Virus record (IMG/VR): IMGVR_UViG_3300025876_000006
Coordinates: 1-64,000 of that record
Direction: 5' to 3' (one strand)
Length of the DNA: 64,000 bases
Origin: a virus
Shown here: positions 59,401 to 64,000 of the stretch, in pieces
Layout of the letters: every line of letters starts with the position of its first letter
Numbering within the stretch: position 1 is the first letter of the stretch
Made by a program: the position numbers and the translations under genes
Notes under the pieces: model-generated
Told to the model about the DNA's origin: nothing
The model's input: the letters and a program-made list of their open reading frames with translations, nothing else
The model's database searches: none

Positions 59401-61972
59401 AACTCAATTTATTAGTGTTCAGCCATATGAAACAATAAACAGTTCAGGAATTATGGAGCTTAATCCAGAAGTTGATACTTGGGTTGATACTAAAACCGAT
59501 CCTGCAATTGAAACTGATCTCTTTAATGAATTAAATACTACAATATCAAACCTTGCACGTGAAGCAGGAGTTCTTGGTACCGAATGGAACTCATGGCAGA
59601 CAAACAGAAACACTTTGCTTAGTACTCAATCGGAAACAAACATATTAAGCGAAAGTTCGCTTCTTCTTGGCGATGAAAGAACTGAAGTTACTATTACCGA
59701 TTTTCAAAGGCAACCCTTTAGGCGCGGTGTCGGAATAACAGATATTACAACTCAAAGGACTGATGTTTTTGATACCTCTTTAACTACAACGCTATCAGAA
59801 ACGATTGAGTCTGAAACTAGGCGATTGGATCAAACTAGAACTGGTACCTTTACGAGATTAACAGAAGATTCTATTAATAAATCTTTAGGAACCTTCTTAA
59901 CATCGGTATCATATAAGCCATTCATGCGCTCACGCCAAGTGTGGGTTAGAGTTGAAGATCTTAAACCAAATACAAGGTATTACGCTTTCTTTGATGACGT
60001 TGATGTTACTAAATATGTAACTAGATATACGGGAGGTGCTGATGTTTTAGATTTTAATCCAAACGCTAGTACTAACCGAAGCTTTAGGTTTTATAATAGA
60101 AGATTCTTAAGAGCTAGTAATGGCAAAACTTGGAGAGGACAAAATCCGCAATTGTTAATTTCAGATTCTGATGGAACATTACAAGCGGTATTTATTGTTC
60201 CTAATACGCCATCTCTTAAATTTGCTTCTGGTGAAAAAACTCTTAAGTTTACAGATTCTCCTCGTAATTTAGAATCTGAAGAAACTAGTAGTGCAATTGC
60301 TAGATATATTTCAAATGGTTTGGGTGCGGTTCAACAAGAATCAATTGTAAGTACAAGCGTTCCAAGACTAGTAGTTAGACCGTTACGGGCAAACCGTTCT
60401 GTAGTAAGAACATCTATTACGGATGTCTCACAAAGTGTTGATTCATCTTTTGAAGAGGTACAAATTAGTTCATCTACAGCGGTGAACGTTAGAAGGTGGG
60501 ACCCTGTCGCTCAAACATTCTTTGTTAGAGATACAACCGGTATATATGCCTCAAGTGTGGATGTGTATTTCCAAAAAAGAGGGCGTAAAAATGTAAGAGC
60601 CTATCTTGTTACTGTTGAGAATGGTTACCCAACAAACAAAATTCTTCCTGGCAGTCAAAGAGTATTAAAGCCAAGCCAAATAAAGACTTCGAATAACTCT
60701 TCAATTGCAACTAAGTTTGAGTTTAAAAAACCAGTTTACCTCAATGGTAAAACCGAGTATGCTGTTGTTATATTCTCAGTTGATCCATCATATACAGTGT
60801 ATATTGCTGAAATGGGTGGAGACAAGGTTGATTTAATTACAAACCAAATTATTTCTAAGCAGCCTGCAGTTGGTTCATTCTTTACAAGTAGTAATAAACG
60901 AACATGGACCGCTGAGCAAAACCGAGACTTAAAATTCAAGTTAAGAAGAGCTACCTTTAAAACTGGTAGAGCTACAATTAAAGCTCAAGCACGAATTGGC
61001 GGATATTTAGATTCTGTTGAAATTACTAATGGAGGATCTGGTTATACTACATCAACCACAGTATTAATATCGGCTCCACAAGAACTAAATAGTGCAGGCG
61101 TTCTAGTTGATGTTCCTGATTCAACTGCGGCAGAAGCCGTCGCGGTCATTGATGCGAATACCGGTGCTATTGCAGATATTGTTATTACTAATGAAGGTGA
61201 GGGTTATATTTCTCCACCAACAATTACAATAGAAGACATTGGCGGAGGCGAAGGTGCTACTGCTGTTGGTTACTTACCAACGATAAAATTTGCAGCGGCA
61301 AACCTTAATCAAAGCGCGATGTCAATATCTGGTAAAACCTCAATCGTTAATAAGCTTACACTAAATAATAAGAAATATAATATTCAGAGTAATACTCCAA
61401 TTGAATTAAGAGATGTAAATCATAGTGTTAATGCTGGAAATGCTGAAGACACTACACTTGATATTATTATTGGAACAAGCGATAACCGAGTTACGCCAAT
61501 GCTTGAGAAGAATGGAATCGCTTTAGAAGTAAGAAGTTACTTTATTGAAGAAAAGGGCGGTTATGAAGATGAGAAAAATACTTCTCAATATTATACAAAG
61601 AAAATTGCTTTAGAAACTCCTTCAGATCAAGTTGATGTTTATGCTGCGATAAATCGTCCAACTGAAACATCAGAAATTCAATTCTTTATTAAAATGTTTG
61701 ATGATGAAGACGGCGTTAGAATAAACCCTGATATAACACCTTCTGATGATAATGACCAAAATGAATGGTGGGAAATTACTCCAACTGAACCAAAGGTTGT
61801 TCCTATTAACTCTGATGGTAAAACATATTCCGACGTATTATTTAGAAAGAACTTAGAAGAAGACACGTCTGATATTGACTTTACTTCATTCATTATAAAA
61901 GCTGTTATGTGGGGTAAAAATAATACTGATATTGTAACTGTTAAAGATCTAAGAATAATCGCAACTGCATAA
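56426..61972 (+). CDS. 1848-aa virion structural protein (baseplate periphery/fibre network)
   Basis: N-terminal YLRILFKPGQSVQARELNQAQSILQSQV resembles a conserved phage structural N-domain (possibly DUF4815, from memory). C-terminal paired NGGSGYT / NEGEGYISPPTITI motifs. Confidence 0.55.
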   Translation: MSITIYPENYYDDFNTPDANGLTPEDKNYLRILFKPGQSVQARELNQAQSILQSQVDKLGQGLFQSNSPIVGGGASFDDTLRYIDVEVPSDFVSTFELWSTDLANIELQQINTTLTASINKVDILEANEESENPSKTYRLFIHYTADTVSEDDTNLGEFSATDITIENKEIDTSFIAGVIKQGLAVGASISNGIFFIKGNCVPVKEQITAIALDDDEFVYSGYLILTVREDTVNYNDDQTLLDNSNGFPNYAAPGADRYQISLNLALVKDETLDLSNIVILEIQDSNIILETKVENNESPLNDIFATRTSEESGDYVLDPFSLEVRDIWGGDGEDGNPVGRFNGLYKSLQDLNEAGYQSVTDSNDDYAVTIQPSTAYVKGYRVDLPEQISLFASRARESYIDKNNGELLKTAITADLGTYVEGYIDDTSFGLPALDYANVQTYTMWSTEDVNDFVNDVGTCRISTVEVLGENADGKVRARLYLTDIARSNNTSRPYKDVKRIAVASNVGLTDIGTMDFIVEPKNGKRIHDTNISSSFLNLPYQTVKTVSSLKGTEKRILNGTAQLDPADNKVKVTFTAEDNGFIDKSKSNMVVMVDNGNNVTYQHVPNADFEIIGLGTGSADIITIDLTDFDSGSANTKEVRLLASVETNISERLGKKVKTSVTNLDVTAKIPVTNPVRDPLEFKVGDRITLDGVYHLISVDTTEWELVNDGQRKNSYKEAKVRCLKDGATTISYTHWDFVGSGNFYTVNSYKYADDSQVPLEEIPIFQQTGLHDVIDLRYVETSNGRFSLDPYSTVEMELDFYLARKDLITVSSNGIFSILKGEADLKPKFPSVPDDSMILFNLTLFPYTFTLGGIIKDRVNNRRYTMRDIGQLDSRISNVEYYTALSLLEKSAKDKGVYGTDGEERFKNGFIVDGFRGHTVGNISEKYYKCSVKRGEGKLYPYHFGSNLPFDIVDESEIGTDSEFNKTCSTGRVIGFPYKETNYVNQKLGTQFISVQPYETINSSGIMELNPEVDTWVDTKTDPAIETDLFNELNTTISNLAREAGVLGTEWNSWQTNRNTLLSTQSETNILSESSLLLGDERTEVTITDFQRQPFRRGVGITDITTQRTDVFDTSLTTTLSETIESETRRLDQTRTGTFTRLTEDSINKSLGTFLTSVSYKPFMRSRQVWVRVEDLKPNTRYYAFFDDVDVTKYVTRYTGGADVLDFNPNASTNRSFRFYNRRFLRASNGKTWRGQNPQLLISDSDGTLQAVFIVPNTPSLKFASGEKTLKFTDSPRNLESEETSSAIARYISNGLGAVQQESIVSTSVPRLVVRPLRANRSVVRTSITDVSQSVDSSFEEVQISSSTAVNVRRWDPVAQTFFVRDTTGIYASSVDVYFQKRGRKNVRAYLVTVENGYPTNKILPGSQRVLKPSQIKTSNNSSIATKFEFKKPVYLNGKTEYAVVIFSVDPSYTVYIAEMGGDKVDLITNQIISKQPAVGSFFTSSNKRTWTAEQNRDLKFKLRRATFKTGRATIKAQARIGGYLDSVEITNGGSGYTTSTTVLISAPQELNSAGVLVDVPDSTAAEAVAVIDANTGAIADIVITNEGEGYISPPTITIEDIGGGEGATAVGYLPTIKFAAANLNQSAMSISGKTSIVNKLTLNNKKYNIQSNTPIELRDVNHSVNAGNAEDTTLDIIIGTSDNRVTPMLEKNGIALEVRSYFIEEKGGYEDEKNTSQYYTKKIALETPSDQVDVYAAINRPTETSEIQFFIKMFDDEDGVRINPDITPSDDNDQNEWWEITPTEPKVVPINSDGKTYSDVLFRKNLEEDTSDIDFTSFIIKAVMWGKNNTDIVTVKDLRIIATA

Positions 61973-61977
61973 TATAA

Positions 61978-62193
61978 GTGGCTAGATTTAAACCATTAGA
62001 AAATGAAGCATCTTTGGTTAAAGATTACCAAAGCGGCGCTATTGTTAATACAGATAAAGATGCGTATCGATCGGCGATGGCTAAAAAGAAAAAGAACCGA
62101 GAGATTCTTAATTTAAAAAAACAAATTAAACAGCTCCATGATAGAATATCTGTTTTAGAAACTCATATTTTATCTGATATAAATAATAATTAA
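61978..62193 (+). CDS. small coiled-coil protein (GTG start)
   Basis: Contains KKKKNREILNLKKQIKQLHDRISVLE. No in-frame ATG near the start. Confidence 0.4.
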   Translation: MARFKPLENEASLVKDYQSGAIVNTDKDAYRSAMAKKKKNREILNLKKQIKQLHDRISVLETHILSDINNN

Positions 62194-62211
62194 ATAGTAT
62201 ATACTTTAAAG

Positions 62212-64000
62212 ATGCCCTTAAACAATAAAACATTTGAAACAGTAATTTCCACAGACACCTTTAAGCAATGGGCTGATAAGTGTAATGAGTTAATTGGCGA
62301 AATTAACATAACGGAAATACCAACTATTGACAGCGTCGTTGGTATATCTAACAACCAAACAATAACTGGAAACAAAACCTTTGATGGACCTAGTTCTTTT
62401 GCAAGCGCATCTTTTGCCGGACTTTTAAATTCCGTTAGTATTGCTTCAGGAAATTTAGTTATTGGCCAACTGGATCAACCAGAGGTTACATATACTAAAT
62501 TTTATGATCCAAATATTACTTTTCAAAAGTCAATATTAGATCCTGTTGTATCTCTAACATTAAAGTCGGCTTCGCCATCTACCTTATTAATTACTGATGG
62601 TAATTTAGAAATTGGAGGAAGCGGTGATTTAGTAGTTGGCGGACAACTTGAAGCAAATGGTTTCAGTGTCGATGGCGGAGGTAACTTATCGGTCGACGGT
62701 GGATTAAGTTGGGGCCCACTCGATTCTTACCTTCAAGATGGTCTTGGATTAAAAGTAAGCGGGGGTGATATTGAAACTACAGCCGGAGGATTAATTGTAA
62801 CTGATGAAATCGTTTGGGGTGGAGGAACATTATTTCAAAATGGAAATGCAACTCTTAATAACAATTTATTTATTGAAGGCGATGAAATTGAATTTAGCGA
62901 TTCAACGGCGCCTATTCTTTCATTCCCAGGCATAGGTTATGATTGGGAAATTCCTACAAGTAAGCCGCTTGAAGATTCTATTCTAAGTTGGGACATCGGC
63001 GGAGATACATTAGAATGGGTAACAAAAACAGATTTTGCAGATGATATTGAATTAGCTGTTTCAAGTAGTTTAACCGCAGCTAACTTTTCAATTCCAGTAC
63101 AATTATTACCGGTTGGAACAATCATTGCAGTTGATTCTGATGTATTAACTAATTGGGATCAAGCAGATGAAGGAAATGGCCTTGCATATGTTGAAGATGC
63201 TGAATTTTCAACATGGTTGGTTCCAGATGGAGTTAAACAAGTTTCATTTGATTCTAATGATACAACTTATGAAAAAATTGCTAAGTTAATTAATCCAGCT
63301 TTAGTTGGCCAAACCTCTGGAACAGTAACTCTCACAGATTTATTTGAAACCGCTCCAACAGGTCAAAGATATATAATGAAAGTCGCGGAGGACGCAGTTA
63401 TTAATTTCCGTTTGAGAAATAAAAATGACTTATCTGGAGGTACTGGAATTAAACTCTTCGATGCTGCTGGAGTTCAACAATCTTATCTTGATATTAATGG
63501 CGGATCTATTGCAGTAAACTACAACAGTAAAACAATAGATCTTACAAATAGTGGAAGACAACTTAATGTAAGAAGCACCTTTGATCCGTATTTTGCAGAT
63601 ACTCAAAATGGTTTCGTTGCAGGTTATACAACATCAGGCCAATTAAGAACGAAGTGGCCTGTTGCAAATGAAGATGCTGTAAGTAAAAGTTATTTAGAAA
63701 ATCAACTTGATGTTGTTAATACCACGGTTGATACTTTAGAAACCACAGTTAATACATCTCTTTCAAATACTCTTGCATCGGTTGAAGCTGAAAACCAAAT
63801 TCTTTTAGATCGAATTAATGTTTTTGAAAACGTTGGCCGTATTTGGAAATTACCTGCACGTGAAGGTAACTTGACAATATTTGAAAACGCTAACACTAGT
63901 TCAGGTAATCAGAATTCTAAGGATGAAGTATATCTAACAGGGTCAACCGGTAATAAACTTTGGGGAACCTCAATGTCAAATTTAAATCAAAATTGGATGT
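62212..64000 (+). CDS. tail-fibre-like protein, 3'-truncated by the window
   Basis: ATG at 62212. The frame stays open to the window end (checked at both ends). Gly/Asn/Thr-rich with GGGNLSVDGGL-type repeats. Absent from the ORF track because no stop is reached. Confidence 0.65.
   Translation, partial: MPLNNKTFETVISTDTFKQWADKCNELIGEINITEIPTIDSVVGISNNQTITGNKTFDGPSSFASASFAGLLNSVSIASGNLVIGQLDQPEVTYTKFYDPNITFQKSILDPVVSLTLKSASPSTLLITDGNLEIGGSGDLVVGGQLEANGFSVDGGGNLSVDGGLSWGPLDSYLQDGLGLKVSGGDIETTAGGLIVTDEIVWGGGTLFQNGNATLNNNLFIEGDEIEFSDSTAPILSFPGIGYDWEIPTSKPLEDSILSWDIGGDTLEWVTKTDFADDIELAVSSSLTAANFSIPVQLLPVGTIIAVDSDVLTNWDQADEGNGLAYVEDAEFSTWLVPDGVKQVSFDSNDTTYEKIAKLINPALVGQTSGTVTLTDLFETAPTGQRYIMKVAEDAVINFRLRNKNDLSGGTGIKLFDAAGVQQSYLDINGGSIAVNYNSKTIDLTNSGRQLNVRSTFDPYFADTQNGFVAGYTTSGQLRTKWPVANEDAVSKSYLENQLDVVNTTVDTLETTVNTSLSNTLASVEAENQILLDRINVFENVGRIWKLPAREGNLTIFENANTSSGNQNSKDEVYLTGSTGNKLWGTSMSNLNQNWM

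Noticed and set aside
1-64000. CRISPR array, prophage boundary, integrase, transposase or IS element
   Set aside because: The only tandem repeats (1-60 and 38171-38241) are short, in-frame and coding, without spacers. No recombinase-like ORF or att-like flank is seen. Gene content is uniformly phage-like.

Overview
This AT-rich window is densely coded and reads as a contiguous piece of a T4-like (distant 'T4-core') myovirus genome. There is no sign of host chromosome, integrase or transposase. Positions 1-35 kb are mostly plus-strand arrays of small early-type ORFs, many joined by ATGA/TAATG overlaps. Recognisable genes are interspersed among them: SNase-like nuclease, glycosyltransferase, ATP-dependent DNA ligase, dNMP kinase, DEDDh exonuclease, nucleoside 2-deoxyribosyltransferase-like protein, three tRNAs (Leu-UAA, Asn-GUU, Tyr-GUA), two lysis/peptidoglycan modules, and a gp33-gp59-gp32 replication/late-transcription block. 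Positions 36-64 kb hold a tail/baseplate morphogenesis block. It contains the tape measure, gp26-, gp2- and gp4-like genes on the minus strand, then hub, spike, gp25, gp6, a giant gp7-like lectin-bearing protein, an 1848-aa structural protein and a 3'-truncated fibre. Two promoter classes can be read directly. One is sigma70-type TTTACA-17-TATAAT (often TGn-extended). The other is the T4-type late motif TATAAATA, found in front of structural and lysis genes. Shine-Dalgarno sequences are mostly absent. The most unusual items are: (i) an 89-bp promoter/operator-like cassette present three times; (ii) an antisense sulfotransferase-methyltransferase-sulfotransferase cassette; (iii) a translationally coupled membrane protein / prepilin-like protein / NDT-like enzyme trio in a G+C-richer patch; (iv) a Tat/Sec-exported peptidoglycan-remodelling cluster with a u-spanin-like lipoprotein; (v) a baseplate protein with six Ig-like repeats and a tandem FGE/C-type-lectin-like domain pair; and (vi) a split gp5 with a CHAP domain plus a separate HxH-tipped spike. 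The host is unknown. The AT-richness, SD-poor translation signals and alphaproteobacterial-type cell-wall enzymes fit a marine AT-rich host such as SAR11, but that is inference only. All family assignments come from motif recognition by eye, not from searches.
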